A stretch of DNA of 64,000 bases from Octopus vulgaris (Eukaryota): positions 11,036,001 through 11,100,000 of the forward strand of contig OX597826.1 in the NCBI GenBank assembly GCA_951406725.2, in the 5' to 3' direction. Position numbers and translations under genes: made by a program. Below, piece by piece: positions 36,141 to 52,368 of the stretch; position 1 is the first letter of the stretch; every line of letters begins with the position of its first letter. The notes beneath the pieces were generated by a model. That model ran no database searches, was not told the DNA's origin, and saw only the letters and a list, made by a program, of their open reading frames with translations.

Positions 36141-36297
36141 ACGCGGACGGTATCCGTTCGCAATATGACTGTACCAGCAAAAAAATAAAACGGCGTGTTT
36201 ATTTTTTGAGATATATTCGTCAAAATTGGGTCAGCTTGTCTTCATGGCACGCTCTGTTGATCTCACTCGATGAACCCGCCTTTGACCTCGATATACA

Positions 36298-36339
<42 letters not shown>

Positions 36340-36743
36340 AGGCGCAGGAGTGGCTGTGTGGTAAGTAGCTTGCTAACCAACCACATGGTTCCGGGTTCAG
36401 TCCCACTGCGTGGCATCTTGGGCAAGTGTCTTCTGCTATAGCCCCGGGTCGACCAATGCCTTGTGAGTAGATTTGGTAGACGGAAACTGAAAGAAGCCTG
36501 TCGTATATATGTATATGTGTATGTGTGTGTGTGTTTGTGTGTGTTTGCCCCCCCCTAGCATTGCTTGACAACCGATGCTGGTGTGTTTACGTCCCTGTCA
36601 CTTAGCGGTTCGGCAAAAGAGACAGATAGAATAAGTACTGGGCTTACAAAGAATAAGTCCCGGGGTCGATTTGCTCGACTAAAGGTTGTGCTGCAGCATG
36701 GCCGCAGTCAAATGACTGAAACAAGTAAAAGAGTAAGAGTAAA
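36340..36743 (+). mobile_element. SINE family A, full length
   Basis: Flanked by (TA)n on both sides. Confidence 0.9.
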
Positions 36744-36745
36744 GG

Positions 36746-36877
<132 letters not shown>

Positions 36878-37147
36878 AGGCGCAATGGCCCAGTGGTTAG
36901 GGCAGCAGACTCGCGGTCGTAGGATCGCGGTTTCGATTCCCGGACCGGGCGTTGTGAGTTTATTGAGGCTCCGGCAGGGGGTGGTGGCGATCCCTGCTGT
37001 ACTTTTTCGCCACAACTTTCTCTCACTCTTTCTTCTGTTGGCCTGTTCACTTAGCCATCGGGGTGGCGTCATTTGAAGCGCATTGTGACCAGCGATGTGT
37101 AGCAACATCTGATAACCTGGTCGGTCACGGTGATCACGGTGACAACG

Positions 37148-37191
<44 letters not shown>

Positions 37192-37680
37192 TGTGTGTGT
37201 GTGTATATGTAAACACACTTATATGTTACTTATAAAAAAGCCCGAGAAAAAGTACCTAAAAGGTATTAGAAGGTATAATTATGAAATTTGGTCGGTATTA
37301 GTTAAGATGGCAACGCATGAACCAGCAACTGAGCAAATTTAACTCACACACTCGTGCATAAATGTATGTATATGTATGTATGTATGTGTGTGTGTATGTA
37401 TGATAAAATATAACATCATCGTATCATAAGAAAATAATTCGTCAATTAAGTTAATAATTGAATAGATATTCAATATCACGGTCGTTTTCATGTGATTAAA
37501 ATGTAGACTCACATGCATGCACATGCGCACACATACAAATATGCCCCAGACGCATATCTATTGCGCATGCATACATACACCCATGTATACACACACTCAC
37601 ACTTGCACACACGTACCCACATGTATACACGTACATCTATCTATCTATCTATCTAAATTGTCTGTCTGTCTCTCTGTCTA

Positions 37681-37711
<31 letters not shown>

Positions 37712-37717
37712 GCATGC

Positions 37718-37764
<47 letters not shown>

Positions 37765-37767
<3 letters not shown>

Positions 37768-37898
37768 TTCTGTTGAAGAGCGTAGGCTCGAAACGTAAAA
37801 GACTTGTTTTATTTATATTCCTGAGCGCCATACTAATACAATTGTTTGTTTGTACTCCACCTGCCTTCGTCTTTTCTTTATTTTCATAAAGCTTCCCG

Positions 37899-37899
<1 letters not shown>
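37765..37899 (+). mobile_element. Penelope-like 3' end with U6-variant hammerhead (37765-37802), inside (TA)n
   Basis: TCTTT-CTGTTGA-A-GAGC-GTAG-GCTC-GAAAC-GT-A-AAAGA. Confidence 0.7.
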
Positions 37900-37930
<31 letters not shown>

Positions 37931-38308
37931 CATTTAAATCTTTTAAATTCTATTATTAATTTCTGAATATTATAAATTATTTTTGTCAGTGCACTTATTT
38001 TTATTCAGAATCTATACTAGTGGATTAAAATGCATAAATACATTCGTTCAGATGGAAATACATACATACATACATGCATACATACATACATACATACATA
38101 CATACATACATACATACATACATACATACATACATACATACATACATACGTACATAATACATACATATATATATATGTGCATATATATATGTATATATAA
38201 ACACATATATATGATATATATTTATATATAAACAAATATATTCAACTCTTTAATTCTTTATATTGTTTCAGCTTTAAAGCTGCGGTCATACTGGGGCACC
38301 ATCGTTGA

Positions 38309-38374
<66 letters not shown>

Positions 38375-38416
38375 ATGTATATGTATGTATATATATATAT
38401 ATGCATATATATATAC

Positions 38417-38463
<47 letters not shown>

Positions 38464-39378
38464 TATATATACATCTACATATAGTTCGGTTGACGAATTA
38501 TAAATGTTTATATAATTACCTTAATATACATATATATATGTACAGTACACAAGCATACACCCACGCACACACTCATACACATTTCTACATGGTCGAATAA
38601 ATCGATTAGAGTGAAACTGGACGTTCCTTTCCAGCGAATATGTATGATTTGATCCACCTGAAAGTATTGAATCCTTAAAGCAGCATCGTCCCCACTATTA
38701 AACAGATAATGAAAAGACATTGAAATAATTGATCGATAATCTTTCGCGATTAAATAAAGTCAGGAAATATATATATAAAAAAAAAGACAATCTATTTGAT
38801 TCTGTATTTCTTCGCCTCCTTCCTTCATTCAATTTTTTTGAACACTAAACAGAGAGCTTTTTGTATTTATCTTGCTATTTGAACGACAAACTTACATAAA
38901 GCTGATCGTCTGTTACACAGTTTACATAAACGACCAAGGCCGATCTTTTCTTCCGCCTTTTTCTGCTTTTATACTCTCTTAATGATATACATTATTGTGT
39001 ATTTAATGGATAATGAAAAGTTAAGATCGATTAGACAATGTGACACCAATATCTTGTCTTACTAAGCAGCTTTTGAATAAGAAACTTTATAGAATTTATT
39101 GCCAGCTCAACGGAGAATTTTTTGTCAGTGAATACTTGAAGGATTGATAGATAAACAGATAAATAAATAGATAGATAAATTGATAGATAGGTATATAGAT
39201 AGAGAGAGGGAGAAGGGGAGAGAAAGAAAGGCGGAAAAAGAGGGATATATATATGGAAGAGATGTTTGCATTTTATGCAACTGTATAGCTGTAAATACAG
39301 TTGCAGTCATTTCGTTTGATGATTGTCATTGTGTTTATATTAATTGCATGTGTTGTTTTGGCATTGCTAGTGTTGGTT

Positions 39379-39761
39379 TGCTGCTGTTGCTGTTGAGCGA
39401 ACGGTCTTCGTCCCAGAGCTCGCAAGATGGGAGAAGTCCGAAACGTGGTCCTTTGCTATTCGTAAGAACCGCAAAAGAGAAAGCAGGTCAACCCTCGACA
39501 CCGAGAGCATCGATGGATGGATGAATGCGCATCCAGGCTCAGCGGTTGCGTAGGAAGTCGGGGACAAGAAACAGGAAGAAAGAGTGAGAGAAAGTTGGAG
39601 CGAAAGAGTACAACTGGGGTCACCACCACCCGCCTGTCGGAGCCTCGTGGAGCTTTAGGTGCTTTCGCTCAATAAACACACACAACGTCCGGTCTGGGAA
39701 TCGAAACCGCGATCCTCCGACCGCGAGTCCGCTGCCCTAACCGCTGGGCCACTGCGCCTCC
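39379..39761 (-). mobile_element. tRNA-derived SINE (C1 head, tail iii with (CAA/CAG)n); partial copies 56113-56450 (+), 62637-62835 (-)
   Basis: Head shared with 15034 and 36876; distinct ~170-bp tail in three copies. Confidence 0.85.
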
Positions 39762-39769
39762 ATCTAGTT

Positions 39770-40123
39770 CAGGCTTGGCCAACTTGGATTACATTGCGGG
39801 CCACTTTAATCACAGAAAGTTTTTTTGAGGGCCGCTTGTATACTGTATGCACTAATAATTAAAATAATCAAATTACAGAATCAAGAATTTTTTCATACTT
39901 TTCGTTTGTTTAAAATTATAAAATTATTGGCTTTTGCTTTATTTTGCCACTTATAAATTTTAAATTTATTTTGAAACAAATGTTTTACACAAACAGTTTT
40001 ATTTTAAAATTAAGCACAATACTTCAAGTGGCACCATGGGCAAGTGTCTTCTACTATAGCCTCGGGCTGACCGAAGCCTTGTGAGTGGATTTGGTAGACG
40101 GAAACTGAAAGAAGCCTGTCGTA

Positions 40124-40192
<69 letters not shown>

Positions 40193-40472
40193 TTGCCTGT
40201 GTGTTGGTGTTCCCAACATCGCTTGACAGCCGATGCTGGTGTGTTTACGTCCCCGTAACTTAGCGGTTCGGCAAAAGAGACCGATAGGATAAATACTATA
40301 GGCTTACAAAGAATAAGTCCTGGGGTCGATTTGCTCAACCCAAGGCTGGGCTCTAGTATGGCCACAGTCACATGACTGAAACAAGTAAAGAGAGTAAAGT
40401 ATCAAGCGGGGGCCGCAAGATAAAAGTCTGCGGGACGCATGCAACCCGCGGGCCTCAGTTTGGCCAGCCCTA
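39770..40472. mobile_element. hAT/Charlie-like MITE interrupted by a family A SINE (~40030-40400)
   Basis: TIRs CAGGCTTGGCCAA / TTGGCCAGCCCTA, 8-bp TSD ATCTAGTT / GTCTAGTT (TCTAG-centred target typical of Charlie). Confidence 0.85.
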
Positions 40473-40886
40473 GTCTAGTTGCTTTTAGTAGTATTTCTAA
40501 AAGTTAATCGATTGGTTGATTCTTCGAAGTTTTAGTGTTCTTGTACTAAATACAATTTTATGATGGTTAAAAAGCATTTTTAATAGTTTTCATTTCCAAT
40601 TAAACATATTTGCCTGCGCACTAACAACCACTCTTACATATATAAAACAGCGAAAAAAAAAAAGCTAAGGTAAGAACTAGTAAGTGTATTTAAATAGTGA
40701 AAAGACATGGTTTTGAAATAGCCTAATCGCTCTTGTATTGAATATCTGATTCTCGTGAGTTGAAAGCTGAAGCTCAATTACCAACAGCTGAACAAACATA
40801 TACTTAAAGACAATAACTGCCGGCCAACCGACGAGCTGTGTGCTAGGGTTAGGGTTAGGGTTAAGTTTAGACGTTATGTCTTGTGT

Positions 40887-40918
40887 CTACTACTACTACT
40901 ACTACTAAAACCACCACC

Positions 40919-40983
<65 letters not shown>

Positions 40984-41043
40984 CACCACCACCATCACCA
41001 CCACTACTATTACCACCACCACCACCACCACCACCACCACCAC

Positions 41044-41111
<68 letters not shown>

Positions 41112-41295
41112 GCTGCTGCTGTCGCTGCCACCACGGCCACCAACACTACCACCACCGTCGCCGTAGCCGCTGTCGCCATTAAAGCAATTACCCTCGACAC
41201 TATCACCACCGCAACAACAATAACAAATAACGTAAATAGCAACAGAAAGAAGAAGAAGAAGAAGAAGAAGAAGAAGAAGGAGAAGAAGAAGATCA
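40887..41295. repeat. Compound trinucleotide array (CTA)n/(CAC)n/(GAA)n
   Basis: Direct reading; source of poly-L/P/T ORFs. Confidence 0.95.
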
Positions 41296-41685
41296 ACAAC
41301 AGCACGAGCAACAATAATAGCAGTAACAAGATCAATTGGTAGCTTCTGTTATGATATATCATGAAATTTAATTCTGCATTTTGTGTGTCACTGAAAAATT
41401 TTATCTATATTGCCGATTGATTTATGAAGGAACATTACAAAAAAAAAAAAGAAAATAACCAAAGCAAAACTCAAACCAGACACCACCACAAACGTGCCGT
41501 GAGCCAGCTTGCAGTATTGGGATGATTTGTATTGACTGTGAGCAGTAAAATGTTTTCTCAGCTATGACTCCAAAGGTTTATTTACTTGAGAGGTGGGAAC
41601 TACTCCAAACAAAACATATCATCCGTTAGTTGCCTTCTTGAATAATGCATCCATCCAAATGCATGCATTCATATATTCTTTTATT

Positions 41686-42166
41686 CAGTTCTATATTTGA
41701 GAGATGAGGAATTATGTACACTGTTTACATTTGACGGATATTTGTCCTCATCTTGTTTGTTGTTTACACAATGTTTCGGCTGATATTCTCGCCAACCTTC
41801 ATCAGGTGTCTTGGGGGTAATTTCGAACCTGGGTTCTCATTCCTAAGGTATTTTTCTATAGTAAACTACCACACATCTACGGTCTCCCTAAGGTTCACTA
41901 TAGTGAGGTGTAGAGGTTCCGCATGACATCCACTGAGCTGCTTCCTTGTGGATATAATCAGTCCATTGGCAGAGAACGCCACTGGAAAATACGAAAACTG
42001 AAAGAAGCAGCACATATGCTAGGACATAATAACCTCGTAAGCAGACCGAGTGCAGATATGAGTAGAATAAGGGAACCGGTATTAGGAAAGGATAAGAGAA
42101 TGTTAGATTTATAAGCCCTAAAATTCACTCCATAATTGCCCACGAGCATATGGCGTAATGATTAAG
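41686..42166 (+). mobile_element. Internally deleted Penelope-like element with inverted 5' pseudo-LTR
   Basis: 41686-41856 inverted 3' end with hammerhead (41766-41810, minus); PHIYGLPKVH RT motif 41869-41898; GIY-YIG C-terminus IGRERHWKIRKLKEAAHM to stop 42114; tRNA-like A-box 42146-42166. Confidence 0.8.
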
Positions 42167-42279
42167 CGGAATTTGAACTCAGAACGTAACGGCAGACGAA
42201 ATACGACTACGCATTTCGCCCGGCGTGCTAACGTTTCTGCCAGCTCGCCGCCTCGAAACCAGTATTAGATATCGAGGTT

Positions 42280-42998
42280 TCTTGGGGATTGCGCCGTGTT
42301 TAGGAATTCAATAGAGAGGAGCAGTAATAGCTAGGTACATTGTTAAAAGTGCCCTTACCTAACATTCCATAAATTCTGAAGAGCCTTGCTTTTCCCCAGC
42401 ATGGAGATTAGACCACAGACAGAGTAAAATTTGCAATAAGTATGCATCAAAAGATTCAAATTATTTAGAAAAAGTTTTAATTCCCATTTTCCTTTCTTTA
42501 GAATTGGCCATTAGTCACTGAATGGTATGCTAGCATCTTAAAAGATTTGCAACCTATCTTTTTAAGCCACGCTATCAGTGTATCCTTATCAAAAGCTTGT
42601 GTACTTGGAACCACGTTCCTCGCTAATATTGTTCTCGAAACGTTGGTCGCTGCTTTAGCAGACCGGTCAGTTGACTCTAAGGACTCCTGGTCAGCCAGAA
42701 AAGGTATCAACAGCGATGAGTAACAAACCAACATTAGGAAAATAACCATGATGCAATCCATATATATATAATATAAACTCTCCGACCTTGAGTCACTCGG
42801 TTACTACTAAATTTACGAAACCGGTATGCTTTTAAATCTCTTTAACAATTTCCAATAATGACTTTTATTAGTTTTATTCCTACCTCAGTTCATCTAATTG
42901 TATATATATCTATCGTTACTTTTCATAAAAAGCCTTTACTTTTTTTGATTTCCAATGTGAATTTTATCTTATTTCTCTTCTTACTCCCCCTCCATATA

Positions 42999-43046
<48 letters not shown>

Positions 43047-44760
43047 CACACACACACATCTACATGGCTATCGCTTTCTTTGAATTGGTCACATATGTTC
43101 AGTAACTTTTGGTATGAATTTTAGTATGATAGTATTTAGGGTAATTTCGAACATAGTTTTCCACATCACTACAAGCAAGCTACAGAGTTTTAGTCGCAGT
43201 CTGTTTGTTGTAACAATGGCTCCTCACTGGACATCATCATGTACTGCACAGCTTTTATGAAAATTCGTCGCATCACTGCAATAACAATAACAACGTGTTT
43301 AATGCAAAGAATCTCTATCAGCAGTAAGTCTTTGTCTAAATGTCTTAAATGGTGCCTTGCTTCCCGAGAAATTACCTCATCTATTCGATTAACAATTTTA
43401 GGCAAAAGCTTCAAATTCTTAATTTCAATCTGTATTTCTTTTTTCTGCACATCTGTTTCCACCCTATGAATACTTAATACCTCCATTGTGCTTTGACTTG
43501 GACTTTATTGACAAATTGAATTTCATTTTACATTGAGTAACAATAGAGAGAGTTGTATTGCTTTTTATATACGTATGAAATTTCATAGTTAAAAGCAGCT
43601 ACCGGGATTGCTCACCAGAATATTGTAGCAAATGTTACGTTAGACAGCTCTCTTCTGGGACTGAATATGAACTCTAAAAGCTTATGATCTGTTCTCAAAA
43701 AAAAAAAGAAAAGATTTCCATCATAATACAGTATGAAGATGTTTGCATATTATAGACAATCGCCCAAACCTCTCTGTATCAAAACACTTACTCAGCTTCA
43801 GACAGACATTGTAATAGGAAGAGGACTGGACAGTTCTCCTGAGACGGTACGCCAAATATTGAATGTCGATTAGAATCTGTATTGACTCGAGTTTCTTTGT
43901 TGTATCAAATGTCTGTACAACGGCTGGTTCAACAAAACCTCACTTTACTGTTTCAAACAGATCAGTACGCGCCTTCTTCCTTAAATGACGTGGAGGGATT
44001 TTTTGTAGGTTTGAAAATCCAGAGATTTTTCAGAATATGTTAGAATAAACTGACCATAAAAGTTTAATCAAAATGATTTTAGTTCTTCCTTACTCTGGAA
44101 GTTTTAGGTGTACTATCTTAATCTCTGACATATCGTCTGATTGAATGTCATGTTTGGAAATTTTATAGCCCAGGAAGGTTGAAAGACATTCTTTTTTTTA
44201 TTGGAAGGTGAATCTGCATAAAATTGCTTTCACTTTTGTTGTAAATTATTAGTGGTTTAGTCATCAATGCAAATATCGTTGTCAACAATTATTAAACCAG
44301 TGGAAATCTTCCGATACATTTTCCATGGCATGTTAAAATATGGTGATTGCTGCTTTTATACTTCATGGAAGATTTGTCCAAAGTAATAATCTAAGGGCTA
44401 TATTCACTGTTGTTATTTCCTTAACTTCACCAGAAATTCTAATTGATCGTTGGCTTTGACCAAATCAGTCTTTGGAAAATATTTTATACTTGCCAACTCG
44501 TGAAATGTCTTTCGATATTCATTGTAAGGTAAAAGAGTCAGGACATATGTCAAGATATATTCTTATCTTGTAGAGCGTACAGATACGTATATTGTGCATC
44601 ATAAACAACAATAAAGCCTACCTCATCGTGATTCAGCATTTTCATTCAGCCATTATTTAGCATTTCCTTTAATTTCACTACATCAAAACGAATTTGTAGG
44701 AAGTTTGGTAGATTCATAATATACAGATTTAGTATTATTTAAAAATTTTATTTCATTTTA
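42280..44760 (-). mobile_element. Degraded Ty3/gypsy pol (RT to integrase)
   Basis: Minus strand: KYFPKTDLVKA / KEITTVN / NLP*SIKAA (RT), FLGYKIS, AVHDD..DVENYVRN (H2C2), LLIAVDTFSG*P and RTILARNVVPST..YHSVTNGQ (integrase core) in gypsy order. Confidence 0.75.
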
Positions 44761-45398
44761 TGACCCATGAAGCAGACGTTATAATCAGATTGTGTGTGAG
44801 GAATAAGTGACGTGGTATTACACCTCAACACATACAATAAGGTCGAGTTTATTACAACAATCAGCGACTGTACTCTAAACTGTTTTCCCGCCTATCTTTT
44901 TCTTCCCTTCATCGTTTTCTATCTGTCTTTTTCTCCCCTTTCTCTTCTCTCTCTCGTTGCTCACACGTGACCATCGTACATTTTTCTTTTCATTCAATAC
45001 TATCCTAAAGACTGGACGCATTCTACCTCTCTCTTCTATCTTTCATTTTATCAAAGAAAATATTTCTCCAGCGTTCGCTATTTTATCCTTGTTCTGGTCT
45101 AATGATCCTCCATATTTGTTTTCGTCCAGTTTCCTTGTATGTCTCCACCGTCTTGTTTTTGTTCCCAACTTTGACCCTCCATAAATCTTAAATTTTTATT
45201 TTGGTACTTATGGGAGCAACTGTCTTGGAAGACTTATACAGTCGTTCAATACTCGAAATGAAGAGTAGATAGACAGCCGACAACTGATGAAGGGTCGTTC
45301 TTTATGTTACTTGCCCTGTTTTCCATTTGTTTCTCTCGTTTGTGTATTGAACTCATTTGTTTTCGTATTTCATGCTGTTTACAGGTGACGTCCTGTAC

Positions 45399-45513
<115 letters not shown>

Positions 45514-45934
45514 TATATATAGATACATATACACACATGCACACATACATACATATAAATATATATACAGATACATATATACACATACATATATACATAC
45601 ATACACACACACCTTACATACATACACACATATATACATACATATGTATTAATACATAACAGTCACTGACACAGCTGCGTATATACCCGTGCATGCGCAT
45701 ACACATTGCTACATACATACGCACGTATATACATCATGCATGTGTATACATAGGTGTGCGAGGACATATGTGTCTGTCATAATGAGTGTCATATAATCGT
45801 GAATAGCTTATAATTTTTTATGTCCCATAAATTAACGGCTCAACAAACGGAGATCAATAAAATAAGTGCCAAAATTTTTAAAACATGTATTGCGGTGGAT
45901 ATGATTAATGAAACATTTCAGAGCACTGCCTTAC

Positions 45935-46338
45935 TCTTTGATTGCGGCCATGCTGGAGCACCGCCTCTAGTCGAGCTAATCGACCCCAGGGCTTATTCTT
46001 TGTAAGCCTAGTACTTATTCTACCGGTCTCTTCTGCCGAATCGCTAAGTTACGGGTACCCAAACACACTACCATGGGTTGTCAAGCGATGTTGGGGGGGG
46101 GGGGGACAAACACACACACACACACACACACTCACACACACACACACACATATACATATATATATACATATATACGACTGGCTTCTTTCAGTTTCCGACT
46201 AACAAATCTACTGACAAGGCTTTGGTCGGCCCGAGGCTATAGTAGAAGACACTTGCCCAAGGTGCCACGCAGCGGGACTCAACCTGGAACCATGTGGTTG
46301 GTAAGCAAGCTACTTACCACACAGCCACTCCTACGCCT
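45935..46338 (-). mobile_element. SINE family A
   Basis: Near full length. Confidence 0.85.
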
Positions 46339-46556
46339 TGGGGGTTTTAGTCGAAGATATCGACCGCATACATACATACATACATACATACATACATACA
46401 AAAACACCTTGTTGCTGACTTTGAAATTTCAATGAAAGAGTCTTGAATCTAGGTTAGAAACCGGCTTTTTCTCTATTGGCAAGTAATCTTGAAATAAAAC
46501 TGAACAAGGACATACATACATACATACTTACATGCATACATACATACATACATACA

Positions 46557-46588
<32 letters not shown>

Positions 46589-47254
46589 CACAAATATATA
46601 CATACATACATACATACATACATACATACATACACACAAATACATACATACATACATATATATGCATTTATACATGCAATATAAAATATAGATTGGTTTA
46701 TTTAAATAACCATTGAACATGTGTTTCCTTAAGTGGCGTATAATAGAGTTATATAATAAATGTCCGTCATTTACATGTTCAAAAGTTATTTAGATAAACC
46801 CATTTAAACCCATTTAAATATATATATTTTGTGTATTTTTACGATATGAACTGATTGACTTGTAAGTTAAAGGTTTTTTTTTTCATAACCCGTATTGTTT
46901 CCAATAGAGCTTCTGTACTGCAGCTGTTTGTGTCTTAAAGCATTTTGATACATCTACCATTGAAATAGTGTGTACGTGTGTGTGTGTGTGCGTGTGTACG
47001 TGTATGTATGGCATACGTATATATAATACACGTAAATATCGAACAATGAGAATGGTGGGTAATGACTTTATATTTGTGGATTAAGTTTACCATTGGTTTC
47101 ATATAAACAAAGGCCCCAACAATATCAGACATGGAACATCAGTGTTAGTCTATGCAAAATGGCGACGGACACCGTGGCTCCATGTTATAGATTTGATAAT
47201 TGTTGAGGGCATTCTTAACATGAAACCAATGGTAGCCTTAATCCACGAATAAAG

Positions 47255-47597
<343 letters not shown>

Positions 47598-47669
47598 CGT
47601 ATTTTGTTAAAATTGGAGCAGCACGTTTGTGACGCGACTCGTATTTTACGCCACTGTGATTCGTATGCC

Positions 47670-48062
<393 letters not shown>

Positions 48063-48079
48063 AGTTGTTGGGAGTGGTG

Positions 48080-48560
48080 CGGGTACGGGACAGGGAGGGA
48101 AAGGTGTAGTCAGTTGTAATGAATGAAGATGAACCACGTCGACGGCTGGTTTGGGGGGTAATTATATTGGAGAAAAAAATTGGGACTTGACCTCGAAATT
48201 TCGGCAACACAAGTGGAAGAGGAATTGCGAGAAGAAAGATAGCTGATTTAATATATGTAAGGGGCGAATGTGGAGAAATCAAAATATTAGTGAGAGTTGT
48301 GCGTTTGCAAGACAGAGGTGAAGGGCATGAGAGGGAACGCATAGCAATAGGAATATATAAGAAGTTGATTGAGATGGGGATCGCTGGTGTAGATTCTAAA
48401 GCAGAGTGGAAATAGGTGAAGAAGGATATGAAAAAGGTGAGCTGTTCATAGGCAAGAGAGGTTGTGCCGATACATTCATTCGATGTAACGGTCGTAAAAT
48501 GCTGACGTGAGGCGGATGAGTTGAGTGAAGATCTGGGCCTCATGGTAACCATCAAATAGA
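48080..48560 (-). mobile_element. Penelope-like reverse transcriptase remnant
   Basis: FYDRYI(x)ECIG (YIDD motif position), EQLTFFISFFTYFHSAL, SH*YFDFS..HSP..IKSAI..SQFL with frameshifts. Confidence 0.65.
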
Positions 48561-49041
48561 TTATTATTATTTCTTTATTGCCCACAAGAAGTCAAACATA
48601 GAGGAGACAAACAAGGACACACAAAAGGATTAAGTCGATTACATCGACTCCAGTGTGTAACTGATACTTAATTTATCGACCCTGAAAGGATGAAAGGCAA
48701 AGTCGACCTCGGCGGAATTTGAACTCAGAACGTAGCGGCTGACGAAATACTGCTAAGCATTTCGTCCGGTGTGCTAACGGTTCTGCCAGCTCGCCGCCTT
48801 CAAATAGATTATTATATTGGTTGTAGAAGTGGAGTAAGATTGTAACTCCATGTAGAAGACGAGGTTGTTGAGTTGCTGGAGCACTTCGGTACAGTGGAAG
48901 TCGATCCATCAAATCGCAAGAGCTTCAAGTGTCACCCTTCTCGGTCAGAACGGAGTCCGATGAGATCTTCGGGAAAACTTTGATGCGTTTCATCCGCTTA
49001 AATAAATTGAAGCGGTCTACATCGTATCGGTATATACAGTG

Positions 49042-49344
49042 GAAGCGCCATCCAACCAAAATGCAAATATATGGGAAACTATCAACTGTGTCATCTCTTG
49101 TGAAAGGTAGGAGAGTCCAGTTTGCTGGACATTGTTGTAGAGCTGAAAACGAGGTAATTTCTATTCTTCTCCTCTGGAAGCCATCTGCTCGCAATACCAG
49201 AGGGCGCACACTCTCCTACCCTGATGTAATCTCCAGGGATACAGGCATCCAGCAACAGGACCTCCGTAATGCCATGATGGACCGTGAAGTCTGGCGTAGC
49301 ATGGTAAATTCCATTGTCACGACCACGGTCGAACAATGATGATG
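49042..49344 (+). mobile_element. 5'-truncated RTE-clade LINE, same family as 11795-12334
   Basis: Near-identical 3' end, (TGA)n tail, TSD ATATACAGTG (49032-49041 / 49345-49354). Confidence 0.92.
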
Positions 49345-49931
49345 ATATACAGTGAACAGATCTAATAGGTCGCACTTGAACGGGTGTCGGTCGCATTTGG
49401 TAACAAAGACAATAGAGTCGAGCTCAGTCAGTCTGCTGTACAAGAAAGTTCCCAGCTTAATGCGACGAAGGAAGCACTCTGTGTCTTACCACGTCTTAAA
49501 CTAAACTACAATTAAAATGAAAGTGCGAGGCGGACACCTTTACCAAGGATCGGAGATTTCACATAAAACGTTGATTTAATCACGCCCCAAACTGTGATTC
49601 TACTCTTGAGAAGAGAATATGATTTCTCACACCGACACCATTAGAATATTTCCGAATGGATGAACTTTAAACTAGAAAACGTTTGTCTTTGAAAGAAGTC
49701 AAAGTTAAAACATTATATATTTTGACCCAGAAAACGTGAAAACGTTGACGAACAGTAAATTGTCCTAAACACGGGGATTATTCGATGAGTATTAAGGTAA
49801 TATCAGCGTGTAGGAAAATCTGATTAACGTCCACTTTAGATTATCGAAAGAATGGACAAGGCTTCTGTGATGAAACACCAACTTAAGGATGAGTTTGAAA
49901 CCAAGGATGTTTAACTGTTGATTCTAGTAAT

Positions 49932-51207
<1,276 letters not shown>

Positions 51208-51539
51208 GCGCGTGTCTCTGTGTATGTATATAATTAATGTAATTGATTCGTTAATCCTGATAACGTTGGAGTTAGTCACGAGTGTATAGCCATTAAGACG
51301 TTTATAAACGTCGAGCAAAGTTTTAAATATGATCCGTTAATCGATATCGAACTGCTGGCACTCTGAGCAGCAATCTTTAACGCCTCCACGGCTGTTTTGC
51401 TTTACCTGATTTTATTTTAAATTGTTTTTCATTTCATCCAGATAAAAATAAATCAGATTTTTGATAAATTATTGATGTTCGATACGACGCCTATTGTAAA
51501 GAAATAGGTGAGTTTATCTTTCGTGTTTCCGTGTTCAAA

Positions 51540-51572
<33 letters not shown>

Positions 51573-51799
51573 TGTTTCTATTGAGATAATTTCATTTCGT
51601 TTACGTAAATTATTAGATTATGCTCTTGGGAAACGTCTAAGTGTTACACAATCCAGATTTCCCTATATAAATATAAATATTTGGTGGTGGTGGTGGCGGT
51701 GGTGTTGGTGGTTGTGAAGGGCCTCCTTTGTTCAGCGATTAGGATTCAATTACTCAACCACATAAATTACCTGCTCTTGAATTTACGCGTAAGTTGTTC

Positions 51800-52368
51800 A
51801 GCATTCCTTTCTACTACAGGCACAAGGCCTGAAATTTTGTGGTTGAGGGGGACTAGTCGATTACATCGACCCCAGTGCTTCACTGGTACTTATTTTACCG
51901 ACCCCGAAAGGATGAAAGGCAAAGTCGACCTCGGCGGAACTTGAACTCAGAACGTAGCGACAGGTGGAATACCTATTTCTTTACTACCCACAAGGGGCTA
52001 AACACAGAGAGGACAAACAAGGACAGACAAACGGATTAAGTCGCTTATATCGACCCCAGTGCCTATTTAATCGACCCCGAAAGGATGAAAGGCAAAGTCG
52101 ACCTCGGCGAAACTTGAACTCAGAACGTAGCGACAGGTGGAATACCTATTTCTTTACTACCCACAAGGGGCTAAACACAGAGAGGACAAACAAGGACAGA
52201 CAAACGGATTAAGTCGATTATATCGACCCCAGTGCCTATTTAATCGACCCCGAAAGGATGAAAGGCAAAGTTGACCTCGGCGGAACTTGAACACAGAACG
52301 TTGTGACGGGTGGAATATCGCTAAGCATTTCGTCCAGCATGCTAACGACTCTGCCAACTCACCGCCCT
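51800..52368 (-). mobile_element. SINE family B multimer
   Basis: One head, repeated body units sharing the same deletion. Confidence 0.85.

Noticed and set aside
45250-45320. GAAA...CTGATGAAGGG permuted hammerhead-like arrangement in a TA-terminated repeat
   Set aside because: No stem I or III could be built
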